A DNA stretch of 64,000 nucleotides from a virus: positions 1-64,000 of the IMG/VR virus record IMGVR_UViG_3300028384_001071. The stretch is one strand, 5' to 3'. Positions within the stretch are counted from its first letter, which is position 1. Every line of letters begins with the position of its first letter. Under the pieces are notes generated by a model that was not told where the DNA came from, searched no databases, and saw only the letters and a program-made list of their open reading frames with translations. Made by a program: the position numbers and the translations under genes. Shown here piece after piece: positions 54,060 through 64,000 of the stretch.

Positions 54060-57000
54060 GAGAATTGAACAGCACAGCACAGGCTGAGATTCTCAAGAAG
54101 CTCGGCACGGAACCAGTCAGTGTGATCGAAGTAGTCTGGAATGACACATCGACATTCTACGCTGATAAGGATCTTGACTGGGCCGACGGTCGAATCAAGA
54201 CCATCAGTTCATTGGACGAAGTCATCCGTTTGGAAACAGGAGGTACATCTAGTCAGATCGCTGTTGAGATCGTCGATACTGATGGTAGCTTCTTGGAACT
54301 CTTCAACAGTATCGACCTGCACAAGCGACCTTGCCGCGTCTATCAAGCGTACGAGGGATTAGCTAAGGAAGACATGTTCCTATTGTTGGAAGGTGAAGTC
54401 CTTACACCTATCCGATGGAACGAGGCAGACCGAACCTTCGGTTTTGAAATCGCGAACCAGTTGATCAGTAACGAAGTCGGGTTCTCTCCAGAGTCAGGTC
54501 AATTGCCTGATACCGTAGACCCATTTGCAATTGGTAAGCCGTGGCCTTTGTGCTTTGGCAAGCCAGTACACGTGCCGGGTACTAAGATCGAGGAAGTGGC
54601 AGTCGGTTCGAATGCCACTTACTTCATGATCCCCGATCCTGCACTTTCAGTGAAGCAGATCGTCATCCTGGGCAGGCTCAACGACATCGCCAACAACTGG
54701 GTATATATTCTAAGTCTGATACAATCTGAAGACCTGTTTGGGATTCAACCTCAAGAAGTCATCGCCAATTACACTTCAGTTATTGTCAATGAAGATACAT
54801 TGAAACAGCAGCGTGAAGACTTACTGACCGAGATCAGGGACATTGAATCCGTAATCGATGACCTCAAGCAACTTCAACAAGAAGCGTTGACTCAGGAAGT
54901 CTCGGACGCTATTGGAGATCAGATCGCATCTGAGGAAAATCGACGTGATGCTCTGAAAGCACAACTAGCAGCTATCCTTGAAAGCCTTACTGATGTTATT
55001 ATCAGTAAGGCTTTCATTGAAGTTGATGTGGATGTTGCAGAATACGAGTATAACCTTGTAGGTCGGATGCGTCAATACCTTGAACGGTTGATAGGTGAAT
55101 ATCGTACCCTGATTGAAGAATACAACATCATAACCACCATCATCGATTCTGCGAATTCATCTACTGTGGGCAGTTTCACAATGGTCAATTCTGAAAGATT
55201 CGAACAAGGCACTCTTGATTTGATTGTCAATGGTGTGCGGATGTCAGGTGTGTTATCTGGTAATGAGTTCACAGTCTCTAAGATCCTACCAAACTACACA
55301 AACGTCGAGATCGCTGACCGCCCGAATCGTGACTCTTTCATAATCTCTGACACAACCATCAATCTGGAAGGTATGTATTGCCTGACAGATGATAGTCGAA
55401 TCTTTCAAGTACGTGAGCAGATTGGTCAGACGTGCTACGTCGACCCTGTGTCATTGAAACGAATTGATAATCGTCGCTCTAACAGTAATCTCCCGGACTT
55501 GAATAGGTTGAAAGATCTCGACCCGTTTACTTGGGGATTGCTTAACGATGCAAGTGAGAAGACTTCAGGAGAACGTCAGCAAATCCTTGAATCTTCAGTA
55601 TTGCAAGGTGATGATGGGGAAGGCATCCGTGAACTTAAGAAGAAGATCGAGGGATTGTCAGAACTAGCAGAGCAATCTGAAGACGAAGAAGTATTCAGAA
55701 CTCTTCGAGATGCTATCTTCCGAAATATGCGACACTACAACTCACTTGTGAGTAATAGCCGCATCCCAGAGAATGTACTTCAAGAAGCTAACGCTTTGAT
55801 TTCACAGCAGGAGTTTGAGACACTCTTACGATTGGTGAATCTAGATGCAGTAGAAACGGAACGCCGTGGTACTCCTCTGGAAGCCGAGATCGATCTTGAA
55901 CTCTACTACTTGACCGCTGATCAAATTGAGAATATCGTAGAAGTAGCTCCGATCATTCTTCCTGATTGGATGACAGCATACACTGGTTATGCTGCGAACC
56001 CGTACTTCGGTTACGACGGCTCAACTGGTGGATTCTACAATCCGATCTACTACTTACCAAACACCGGACATTGGATCGCTCAACCGGGATCATCGATTAA
56101 GGACAATTCCAACTTCCAAGAGAAGTTCGTCGCTAACATCCTTGAGTCAGAAGTCAAGACCGTATACGCCTACCGAGGCGTTGAAGGTGTCAGACAACTG
56201 TTCCCTGTACCTTCAAGTTACTACGATGTAACATCACCTGAGAGCTTCGGTGAAATACTACTGGCTGATGAAACTACTACCCCTCTCAATGCCACTACCA
56301 TCTCATTTAAGCGTCCTCTATCTGAGTACGTCGATGAAGGTTGGGAGGGCGATGACATATTCGTTACACTATCATCTAGTGTTGGTCAGAACGTTGTCGA
56401 TGTTATTCGACACCTATTAACGACCTACAGCGATGTCACCATTGACGAAACATCCTTCGATACTGTTCACGGTCAAGTGGCAGCCTTCCCTGTCAACTTC
56501 GCAGTATTGGATCGTCCGGATGTACTGGACCTCGTAAGATCCATAGCCTTTCAGGCTCGCTGCGAAGTCCGGATAGTCAACAAGGTAGCAACGATGGTAT
56601 ATCTGCCGAAGCTACCGGTTCCAATTCGGACTTTCAATGAGACAGACATCGAGTTCCAAACGCTCGTCGTCGAGACAGTGGAAACCGAGGATATTGTCAC
56701 GAAGTTCATAGCTCAGTGGAAACCACACTATGAGCAGCAAGTAGACAATCAAGAGATCGTCCGCTTCAACATTCGGAAGTACGGCGTTCAGGAAGAGTCG
56801 TATCCTTTCAACATCTACAATAATCAGGACTTAGTACAGCACGCCGCAACCTTCTGGTCCATGAGAAAGGCTAATGTGTGGAAGCGTCTGACATTCAAGA
56901 CATTCCTCACTAACCTTGACCTTCAAACCGGCGATGCCATCACAATAAACCTGACAAGTGACTACTTCGCTACTGAACCTGTCATTGCACTCGTTGACAA

Positions 57001-57799
57001 GATCACGTACGATTCCTCTGACCAGTCCATTACTCTTCGCGTTGACTTGCCCGTTCGTTTAGGTGAGACAACGACGTTCGAGCATTACTGGCCAGCCGAC
57101 ATCGAAACCATCTATCCGATCATCAATGATCAGGCGGCAGGATATGCGGGAGATCCGTTCCACTTCTACATCCGACAAGACTCACAGTTCAACATTACTC
57201 CAGGGCTGCCTATTGAGCCTTTTACGGATAGCAATCGTCCTCGTGATTATGGTGCTGTACGGATCGACGATTCTGCGAACCTTGATACAGGTTCGATCTT
57301 TGATTCGGCATTGGCTCTCCCAACTAATGTGACCTTCCAAGGTTTGACAACGTCGAACACGGGCGGTAACGATATCTTCCGGGAGGTGGAGACTACGGAG
57401 CCTGCTGAATACCTAGGTTCACCTCCTAAACCCCAAGGCCGAGGTTCAACAACCCCTAGGGAGACTCCTGAGAAATATCCTTCCTTCATCGGGACTGTTG
57501 AAGGTCACGCACAAACTGAAGGTGCGGACGAAGTCAAGTCCCGATTACAAGGTAATATCTCTGGGGATAAAGACGCCGACAACAATGTCAGCGATGGGGT
57601 GTCTTCGGTAGATTCTGTGATTGACGCGAAAGTGGCTGATCCCAAATACTACCGCGTAAGGCGGGAAGATGGTACTTCAGTGTTAGTCCGTCAGATGCAG
57701 ATTCGCCAAGATTGTATCATTCCAAACGGAACTAAAGTGAACGTCAATTACAACACAAGCACGGGTGATTATGAAATGCAGGTGCCAGTATGGCTTTAA
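54056..57799 (+). CDS. Baseplate hub/central tail protein
   Basis: WPLCFG, L..GD.I tail-hub pattern; about 1250 aa. Confidence 0.7.
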   Translation: MRELNSTAQAEILKKLGTEPVSVIEVVWNDTSTFYADKDLDWADGRIKTISSLDEVIRLETGGTSSQIAVEIVDTDGSFLELFNSIDLHKRPCRVYQAYEGLAKEDMFLLLEGEVLTPIRWNEADRTFGFEIANQLISNEVGFSPESGQLPDTVDPFAIGKPWPLCFGKPVHVPGTKIEEVAVGSNATYFMIPDPALSVKQIVILGRLNDIANNWVYILSLIQSEDLFGIQPQEVIANYTSVIVNEDTLKQQREDLLTEIRDIESVIDDLKQLQQEALTQEVSDAIGDQIASEENRRDALKAQLAAILESLTDVIISKAFIEVDVDVAEYEYNLVGRMRQYLERLIGEYRTLIEEYNIITTIIDSANSSTVGSFTMVNSERFEQGTLDLIVNGVRMSGVLSGNEFTVSKILPNYTNVEIADRPNRDSFIISDTTINLEGMYCLTDDSRIFQVREQIGQTCYVDPVSLKRIDNRRSNSNLPDLNRLKDLDPFTWGLLNDASEKTSGERQQILESSVLQGDDGEGIRELKKKIEGLSELAEQSEDEEVFRTLRDAIFRNMRHYNSLVSNSRIPENVLQEANALISQQEFETLLRLVNLDAVETERRGTPLEAEIDLELYYLTADQIENIVEVAPIILPDWMTAYTGYAANPYFGYDGSTGGFYNPIYYLPNTGHWIAQPGSSIKDNSNFQEKFVANILESEVKTVYAYRGVEGVRQLFPVPSSYYDVTSPESFGEILLADETTTPLNATTISFKRPLSEYVDEGWEGDDIFVTLSSSVGQNVVDVIRHLLTTYSDVTIDETSFDTVHGQVAAFPVNFAVLDRPDVLDLVRSIAFQARCEVRIVNKVATMVYLPKLPVPIRTFNETDIEFQTLVVETVETEDIVTKFIAQWKPHYEQQVDNQEIVRFNIRKYGVQEESYPFNIYNNQDLVQHAATFWSMRKANVWKRLTFKTFLTNLDLQTGDAITINLTSDYFATEPVIALVDKITYDSSDQSITLRVDLPVRLGETTTFEHYWPADIETIYPIINDQAAGYAGDPFHFYIRQDSQFNITPGLPIEPFTDSNRPRDYGAVRIDDSANLDTGSIFDSALALPTNVTFQGLTTSNTGGNDIFREVETTEPAEYLGSPPKPQGRGSTTPRETPEKYPSFIGTVEGHAQTEGADEVKSRLQGNISGDKDADNNVSDGVSSVDSVIDAKVADPKYYRVRREDGTSVLVRQMQIRQDCIIPNGTKVNVNYNTSTGDYEMQVPVWL

Positions 57800-59295
57800 G
57801 TTTACCGACATTGGTTGAAGGGCCGCACAAGAAGTATGCCTTCAACAGGCCACTGTTCCATGAAGAGGTATATGGATTACCTCCTAAGAATCTGTCAGAC
57901 GATCCGGCTAATGATCCGGCAAAGACTGTCACAATCTTAGGTGAAGTGTCTAGAGGGACGTATAGTCGAGCCGATTTGTATGGGAACATACTATCATTTC
58001 GAACGAATCACGATGTTAAACGCACCATTCATTTCAACGTCTCAAACTCCTACGTAGGTGTAAATATCGACGTATTGAATTCAGGCTTGCTTATAGGGGA
58101 TGCGTGGACTCCAACCATAGATGTTAGCTATGCCCCATCAACCCCGATGTCCACTGTTGTCGATGCCATAAACAATCACTTTATCTTAGGTGAATGGTTG
58201 ACAGTGGAATTACTGGATTCTAATTCATGGCATGTCGATAGGCTTTCACCTGTAACGGAAAGTGAACTCATTGGCATCGAAGGTACTCGTTATAGAATAA
58301 CACTGTCGACCATATCTTACTTGGACAGGTGTTACGCTTTCAATCCGATGAATGAACAGCCAAGAGTCTTGTTCATATTGTCTGCTCTAGATCAGGTTGA
58401 GAACGGTCCTGTGTTCTCTAAATACTTCAGGAACGTCGGTCTAGGCTACGACTACTATCACAGTGGAATTGTGACTGATGACCCTCAAGTAGGCGGGCCT
58501 TACAACCAACGAGCCCTTAATGAGAGTGAAGAAGATCGATGGGAGAGATATCTTGATTATGTCGATGTCGCTAGTGATCTTGAAGATCAAATAGGCTCAC
58601 AAGCAATTGTTAACCTGTACTATGCGGAGTTTCCTAGCTATCTAATGTTCGGAGGGATTGACTACGCCTTTAGTGGGAGTTACGGTCCTCTAGAATATGA
58701 CTCAGGATCATTCGAGATTATCGCAGATTCGATGACTACCGGTGATTACGATACATCGATAGCGTCAACAATGCCGGTTACAATCGTGTGGGTTCGCACA
58801 GGGTTGTTCACACTAATCCCAAATCATCCTGATCGTGACGCTGAGATGATTGCTTATGAGGCTCTCATACTTTCAATCATCAATGAGATGTCAAAGTACT
58901 CCGATCTTCGGATCTTCATGTATCTAGACGTTGGTCCGCCTAAGCTAGGTGAGCGAACATACTCAGCCTATCTAGGTTTCGACACAGACCCTAAAGGATT
59001 TGCCGGTCAGGTTGGAGGTCTGTCTATTCCAGATACATTTCCTACTGTGTACTCGAATTCAGATGCGCTTGATCTGAAATACTGGGAACATCATGGTAGC
59101 CAACTACTAATAGGCTCACTGGAAACTGTCAGGCCTGTTAACGTCTTCTCAACCGATCTGGCAGCAGTTCGGGCTTCATGTGAACGATTGGCTGCAGCCA
59201 GTAAGAATATCTTGTATAAAGGGGAAATATCCTCTGCAAGTTCACTCGATGTAAGTGACTTGGCATCAGATCTCAAGACGAGGTACAATGTATGA
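57790..59295 (+). CDS. Hypothetical tail-associated protein
   Basis: 501-aa ORF coupled to the hub gene. Confidence 0.6.
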   Translation: MALSLPTLVEGPHKKYAFNRPLFHEEVYGLPPKNLSDDPANDPAKTVTILGEVSRGTYSRADLYGNILSFRTNHDVKRTIHFNVSNSYVGVNIDVLNSGLLIGDAWTPTIDVSYAPSTPMSTVVDAINNHFILGEWLTVELLDSNSWHVDRLSPVTESELIGIEGTRYRITLSTISYLDRCYAFNPMNEQPRVLFILSALDQVENGPVFSKYFRNVGLGYDYYHSGIVTDDPQVGGPYNQRALNESEEDRWERYLDYVDVASDLEDQIGSQAIVNLYYAEFPSYLMFGGIDYAFSGSYGPLEYDSGSFEIIADSMTTGDYDTSIASTMPVTIVWVRTGLFTLIPNHPDRDAEMIAYEALILSIINEMSKYSDLRIFMYLDVGPPKLGERTYSAYLGFDTDPKGFAGQVGGLSIPDTFPTVYSNSDALDLKYWEHHGSQLLIGSLETVRPVNVFSTDLAAVRASCERLAAASKNILYKGEISSASSLDVSDLASDLKTRYNV

Positions 59296-59882
59296 GGTAT
59301 GAAGACGTAAGGCTACAAATACAGACAGGGGACATCCTCTCTTGTCAAGGGACAGCCATCTACTCCAACATCATACGGAAGTGGGGAGGTTTGAAGAACT
59401 GGTTCTGGCGTGGGGATTGGAAGGAGGATCAATTCACGCACACAGGAATCGCAATCTGGATTCAACTAAATGGGGATGATCGACTCTGCATCCTTGAAGC
59501 TCACATCTTCAAGGGCATCCGGCTTAACCCGCTCAGCGAAGTGCTGAAGGAATACTGGAAGCCGGGCGGTAGGGTGTACTGGCAGGCTGTGCACGGGATC
59601 GACGGTACAGTCGTCGCTCAAGAAGCGTTGAAGAACTGGACCAAGGCTTACCCGAGCCTATTCCAATTCCTAATCGCCGGGTCGAGTGTGGCCCGTTGGA
59701 TTCGTAAGAGGGTGTTCCGGAAAGGAGCCGACACCAATGGTGACAAGTACCACTGCTCGGAACTAGCGAGCCGTTCACTCATCCATGCAGGATTCAAGTG
59801 GAACATGCCCCCTGCTGCGACGACTCCGCAGATGGTTTCTGAATTCAGTTGCCTGACCTCCCCGGTCGAACTCGAAGCATAA
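59292..59882 (+). CDS. Permuted papain-like NlpC/P60 (YiiX/YebB-like) enzyme
   Basis: GDIL, FTHTGI, LEA, CSEL (His before Cys). Confidence 0.75.
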   Translation: MRYEDVRLQIQTGDILSCQGTAIYSNIIRKWGGLKNWFWRGDWKEDQFTHTGIAIWIQLNGDDRLCILEAHIFKGIRLNPLSEVLKEYWKPGGRVYWQAVHGIDGTVVAQEALKNWTKAYPSLFQFLIAGSSVARWIRKRVFRKGADTNGDKYHCSELASRSLIHAGFKWNMPPAATTPQMVSEFSCLTSPVELEA

Positions 59883-59884
59883 AG

Positions 59885-59921
59885 AAAGCCCCGTACTGGC
59901 ACTTGCCGGTACGGGGCATTT
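59885..59921. terminator. Bidirectional intrinsic terminator
   Basis: aaagccccgtactggca-ct-tgccggtacggggcattt between convergent genes. Confidence 0.8.
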
Positions 59922-59922
59922 G

Positions 59923-61188
59923 TCATTTACGGGCATCGGCATTGAACGTGCCGACATACCCTCTGTCAAAGTTCCACAGCCATGCTTCCGCACAGCGATT
60001 ACCTTTCACGTAGCCTTTCTTGTAGTGCCACGCATCTGTACCACTCAACGATGGTAGGATCTGCACCCTGACCCCGTTGAAGGTATCACCGGCGTTGTGC
60101 CGAGTCTCCTTCTTCTTGTGGAAGTGCCCGAGATGCCAGTACAACGATGACGCCTTAGCGAACTGCTCAGGTCTCTCGCGAGCCATGATCAGTGGCAAGT
60201 CGGCATGCTTCTCTTCGTTGCCGTGTGTGAACCCGATCAGCGATGCTCCGTATGCGACATACTTACGCATCATCGGTGTGGAGTTGACACGGACAGCATT
60301 CACATTTCGATACCAAGCATCTACGATCTTCGCCATGTAGTATGACGTCTCAGGGTCGTGGTTACCCGGAACCCAGAGGACGTTGACAGGTGCCACAGCA
60401 ATGCACGCTTCGATCGCTCGAATCACAGCTTGACAACCTGCATCGAATATCTTCGCCATACGACTGTCCACATCCTGCGGAGTGTCGTTGACCGTCGTGT
60501 TCTTCCAACTGTTCACGTGGAAGAAGTCGTTGCCGATTGGGAATAGTATCTGTTCGATACTGTATCCTGATGTCAGATCCAACAGATCGCGTATGGCGTT
60601 GGCATACAACAAGGACGCGAGTTCCATGTCATAGTCAGTGCCGGTCTCCGGACCCCATGCCAACTTACCGAAGTGGGCATCAAACAGTGACACCTCTAAC
60701 AAGTGACGTTCACTTGTGATTGGCATGAATGTCGGTTCAGGTATGGGTGTCCAAGTTCCGATGCGATCGAATAATGACTCGACTGCGTGCTCGACGTGAT
60801 CAACTTCACGCTTCTTGAGCCAGATCTTGACTTGCCATAGATCCTGAACCTCTGCCGACTCTGCACCTTTAGGGACATAACCCATGTCCCATTTGTTGAT
60901 GATGTAGCGTTCGACTTCCCACACTTCCAGATCGACTTCAGCGATCTTGAGTGCGACTTCAAGAGTCTTGACTCGTGAGTTGACAGTGAGAGTCTTCTCG
61001 TCCTCACCGCTGCCTTCCTCCTTGACAAGACCCTCTTCAGGACTTACGTCAAAGTCAGATGCACGTTGAACTCGACCTCTTACGGTACTAGCGGATAAGC
61101 CTAATGCTTGTCCTGCTTTTGCGTAAGACCCGTACTGCTCGTAGGCATCTACTGCTTCTTGAACTTGCTCAGGTGTGAGCTTAGCCAT
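59923..61188 (-). CDS. HTH-fused metallophosphoesterase/nuclease
   Basis: N-terminal HTH; DAHFGK, GNDFFH, PGNHD, FTHG, GHFH. Confidence 0.8.
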   Translation of the reverse strand: MAKLTPEQVQEAVDAYEQYGSYAKAGQALGLSASTVRGRVQRASDFDVSPEEGLVKEEGSGEDEKTLTVNSRVKTLEVALKIAEVDLEVWEVERYIINKWDMGYVPKGAESAEVQDLWQVKIWLKKREVDHVEHAVESLFDRIGTWTPIPEPTFMPITSERHLLEVSLFDAHFGKLAWGPETGTDYDMELASLLYANAIRDLLDLTSGYSIEQILFPIGNDFFHVNSWKNTTVNDTPQDVDSRMAKIFDAGCQAVIRAIEACIAVAPVNVLWVPGNHDPETSYYMAKIVDAWYRNVNAVRVNSTPMMRKYVAYGASLIGFTHGNEEKHADLPLIMARERPEQFAKASSLYWHLGHFHKKKETRHNAGDTFNGVRVQILPSLSGTDAWHYKKGYVKGNRCAEAWLWNFDRGYVGTFNADARK

Positions 61189-61197
61189 CTAATCACC

Positions 61198-61857
61198 TTA
61201 AATTGGAGTATCGCGTATTCGGGAACGCTTGATCAACCTCCTGTAGACTTCTGCTGTTGCCACGACATCATCCAACGCCGTGTGAGCCCTTGTACGTTCA
61301 ATCCCAAGTGTGGTGCATAGGTATTGCAGGTTACACTTCGGGTACTCGAAAGGTTCGGATCGCCAATCTGCCACATCATTCTCATACAGTGCCATCGACA
61401 TTACATCGCGATACTGAGGATGGAAGTAATGGTGGAAACCTTCGGCACCGAGCCAATCAATCATGAAGGGTCTGTCATACGCCCAATTACAAGCGACGGG
61501 CATGATCTTCTTGAACGGTGCCAGTTTGAGTTGATCAAACCAATCACTGAACAAGTCTGCCGCACGGTCTGCATCGCAACCATTTGTCGCGATCCGAACC
61601 ACACGTTTACGATCCTCGCATAGCTTCTCCCGAACTACCTTGTCCAGAGTCTTGCCTTGAATCCTCAAGGCTTCTAAATCGATGTTATCCAGCCTACGAG
61701 GTTGAAGTTCCATCGAAAATGGCATGATGTTCTGAGCCGGTTTCAAATCCGGACCCAGAATAAGCACGCATACTTCGATAACGTCATTGAAGCCAGGAGT
61801 GAAACCAGTGGTCTCAGTATCGATGACCCCAATGACATTTCCATTCAGATGTTTGAT
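61198..61857 (-). CDS. DEDDh 3'-5' exonuclease (extended upstream to an ATC codon)
   Basis: IDTETTG lies upstream of the ORF-track start; NWAYDRPF, HTALDD; GGAGG 8 nt before ATC. Confidence 0.8.
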   Translation of the reverse strand: MKHLNGNVIGVIDTETTGFTPGFNDVIEVCVLILGPDLKPAQNIMPFSMELQPRRLDNIDLEALRIQGKTLDKVVREKLCEDRKRVVRIATNGCDADRAADLFSDWFDQLKLAPFKKIMPVACNWAYDRPFMIDWLGAEGFHHYFHPQYRDVMSMALYENDVADWRSEPFEYPKCNLQYLCTTLGIERTRAHTALDDVVATAEVYRRLIKRSRIRDTPI

Positions 61858-61860
61858 AGG

Positions 61861-62469
61861 TTAATCCTCCCAGAACTGTGAGTACTGCTCTGCCAGTTCG
61901 ATATCCTCCTCTGGATAGTCCGTCGTCATCAGGAACTCACGAACCGTCAAGCCTGAAATCATCAGCTTAGGGAATCCATACTTCCAGCCGTCGGGTGGAT
62001 CTATCCACATCTGAGGTTTGTACAAGACAAGTTCAACACCCGCCTCATCAAACTGGTCGGTGGCCATCTTGAATGCATCAGCCCAACGGCTCATCGCATC
62101 TTTCGAAGGCTCAGGTGCCACGCACCTCTCCACACCAGCCTGAATCATCTTGGCCGCACATCGTGAACACGACATAAACGGATGAGTGTATAGGCAGGAA
62201 CCTGCCACACTCCCTTGAGCCGAGATCAGTGCATTCTCTTCGCAGTGAATGACCATCTCATACTTGATTGACCGGTCTTGATAACGCTCATCCGTGTCTT
62301 CCACTCCCGCCGCAAAGCCGTTGTATCCAACAGAGATCACTGAACGATCAGGTCGCACAAATACAGCACCCGTTTGAGTGCTAGGGTCTTTAGACCAAGT
62401 CGAAACCAACTTAGCCATCTTTAGGAATCGTCGATCCCACTTCTCAGTTAGCAGCTTCATACCTGCCAT
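61861..62469 (-). CDS. dCMP deaminase
   Basis: SKDPSTQ.GA, GYNG, HCE.NA, CSRC. Confidence 0.9.
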   Translation of the reverse strand: MAGMKLLTEKWDRRFLKMAKLVSTWSKDPSTQTGAVFVRPDRSVISVGYNGFAAGVEDTDERYQDRSIKYEMVIHCEENALISAQGSVAGSCLYTHPFMSCSRCAAKMIQAGVERCVAPEPSKDAMSRWADAFKMATDQFDEAGVELVLYKPQMWIDPPDGWKYGFPKLMISGLTVREFLMTTDYPEEDIELAEQYSQFWED

Positions 62470-62530
62470 GTTGCAGTGTTATCTCCTGACCGTCGAAGAT
62501 CATGCAATTCCTTAGCTGGTCTCGCCGTAC

Positions 62531-63433
62531 TCACTCGTAAGCCTCCTTGATCCAAAGGAACTCTTTCCGAACACCACGCTCCATTGTACCTTGACGGTCT
62601 TCCATGTTGTTGTTCTTGTCGAACGCACGAGCCGTGACTCGATTGTCGACTTGATCATTCATGTGAACGCCATCCCAAGGGAACTGATCGTAGATAGGAT
62701 TCTCGTAACCTGATAGGACTACTGCCCCTTCGGTTGAGAAGATCCTCTCACACATTTCAATGTGATCCTTCTTGGTGAAGCCTGTCCCATACACGTCCCG
62801 CCCGTAGTAGGGTGGATCGAGATAGAACAGAACATCCGGACCGTCGAAATCTTCAACACATTGCTGCCAGTCGAGGTTCTCGATCTGAACGCCTTGCAGT
62901 CTGCGATGGACCGCAGGGAATAATGGCAGGCCGACTCGGAGCTTGTTAGGGATGTTGTTGTGATTGTTCACAACTCGCCCGAACATTTCAGCACGGCCAG
63001 CGAATGACGCCTGCACCAAGTAGTAATACTTGAGTGCCCTCATCACTACATCATCTTCAGTTTCCCAAGTGTCCCGACACCACGCAAAGTATTCACGTGA
63101 GTGTGGTAACAGTTGGACCTTTTCGGTCAACTGCCTCAACAGTTCATCGTCTTGGATGCATTGGTACAACGCAACAGTCCCTGAGAACCGATCGTTAAAT
63201 ACTTCCAATTTCGATGCTGCTTTGGAAAGCAAGACCGCACCGCTACCACCGAACACTTCGACATACGTCTCATGCCAAGGTAGTAGTGGTAGTATCCAAT
63301 CCAGTTGACCACACTTGTTACCCATGTAATTCAAAGGAGGATGGATATACTCACCAGCAGCACGGGAACCGTGATCGGAATCAAGAAATGCGAACATTGC
63401 TTCGAGATGCTGAGCATCTTCCTTCTTACTCAT
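62531..63433 (-). CDS. D12-class N6-adenine DNA methyltransferase (Dam-like)
   Basis: Y.G.K, YVEVFGGSGAV, FYLDPPY. Confidence 0.9.
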   Translation of the reverse strand: MSKKEDAQHLEAMFAFLDSDHGSRAAGEYIHPPLNYMGNKCGQLDWILPLLPWHETYVEVFGGSGAVLLSKAASKLEVFNDRFSGTVALYQCIQDDELLRQLTEKVQLLPHSREYFAWCRDTWETEDDVVMRALKYYYLVQASFAGRAEMFGRVVNNHNNIPNKLRVGLPLFPAVHRRLQGVQIENLDWQQCVEDFDGPDVLFYLDPPYYGRDVYGTGFTKKDHIEMCERIFSTEGAVVLSGYENPIYDQFPWDGVHMNDQVDNRVTARAFDKNNNMEDRQGTMERGVRKEFLWIKEAYE

Positions 63434-63854
63434 CGAGACCCTCCATTACTTCTGATAAGTCACACCAGCGTTCGTAGCAGTCCTTCATGATTTCGTAGGA
63501 ACCGCCAAAGTCACTGGTAAACAGATCATGCCAGTATGCTATATGAGTTCGACCTTCAGGAGTCTTCCGTCCGATCTTAACATCACTCAAACCAGTGACA
63601 ATGAAGGTGTTGACGAAGGCCCCGTCATGGTACATCCCTGAACAGAGGAATTCAGCATGACTACCGATGATCCCTGTCTCTTCCTTAAGCTCTCGAAGAG
63701 CTGTCTCTTTGAAAGTCTCACCTTCCTCCCATTTGCCGCCGGGTAGGATGATTCCTCGCCCTTTAGCACATTCGATTGAGATGAAGCCTTCCGATGAATA
63801 CATGCCCGCAGGCGTGTAAGGGCATAAAGCCACGCAGCCAATCTTATGTGTCAT
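63426..63854 (-). CDS. NUDIX hydrolase
   Basis: PGGKWEEGETFKETALRELKEETG Nudix box. Confidence 0.9.
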   Translation of the reverse strand: MTHKIGCVALCPYTPAGMYSSEGFISIECAKGRGIILPGGKWEEGETFKETALRELKEETGIIGSHAEFLCSGMYHDGAFVNTFIVTGLSDVKIGRKTPEGRTHIAYWHDLFTSDFGGSYEIMKDCYERWCDLSEVMEGLDE

Positions 63855-64000
63855 AGTTCTGTATGTTGTATCCTTGAGGCGGATGAATGCACATGGATAT
63901 TAACCAGTGCAGATTATCCAGAGAATGAGACGGGAGGTTATTGACCCGATGAATAGATACCGGCTCGTCCCGCTCCTTAGTATTGTGAACGGCTTGCAAA

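Noticed and set aside
49507-59295. Diversity-generating retroelement targeting tail genes
   Set aside because: No reverse transcriptase, and no template/variable repeat pair differing at adenines, was seen.

Overview
This window looks like part of a tailed dsDNA phage genome (siphovirus-type), probably infecting a Planctomycete. The host is inferred from Planctomycete-like FliA sigma factor, RimI-like acetyltransferase and secreted gluzincin genes. Layout: (1) 1-16.1 kb, + strand: small accessory and metabolic genes (SEC-C protein, phosphoesterase, GNAT, Dda/RecD-like helicase, peptide deformylase, thioesterase, DEDDh exonuclease, sigma factor, three Tat-signal proteins). (2) 16.2-23.7 kb, - strand: a probable early operon from a near-consensus sigma70 promoter. 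(3) 23.7-24.7 kb: a control region with tandem NrdR-like boxes, a dyad array and 35-bp iterons. (4) 24.8-59.9 kb, + strand: morphogenesis genes (terminase, portal, scaffold, P22-like coat, tail tube, frameshifting chaperone, tape measure, tail adhesins). (5) 59.9-64 kb, - strand: nucleotide and DNA-modification genes. The main finding is in the early operon. Nine genes are each enclosed by their own 10-31 bp long-range stem, and the imperfections are almost all G-U pairs on the mRNA strand. In most units the 5' arm can alternatively fold over that gene's Shine-Dalgarno. This suggests translation gated on transcript completion, chained between neighbouring genes. A second finding is a 12-residue N-terminal leader shared by the capsid protein, the scaffold and two Reb-like small proteins. 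All family assignments come from motif recognition by eye; no searches were run.
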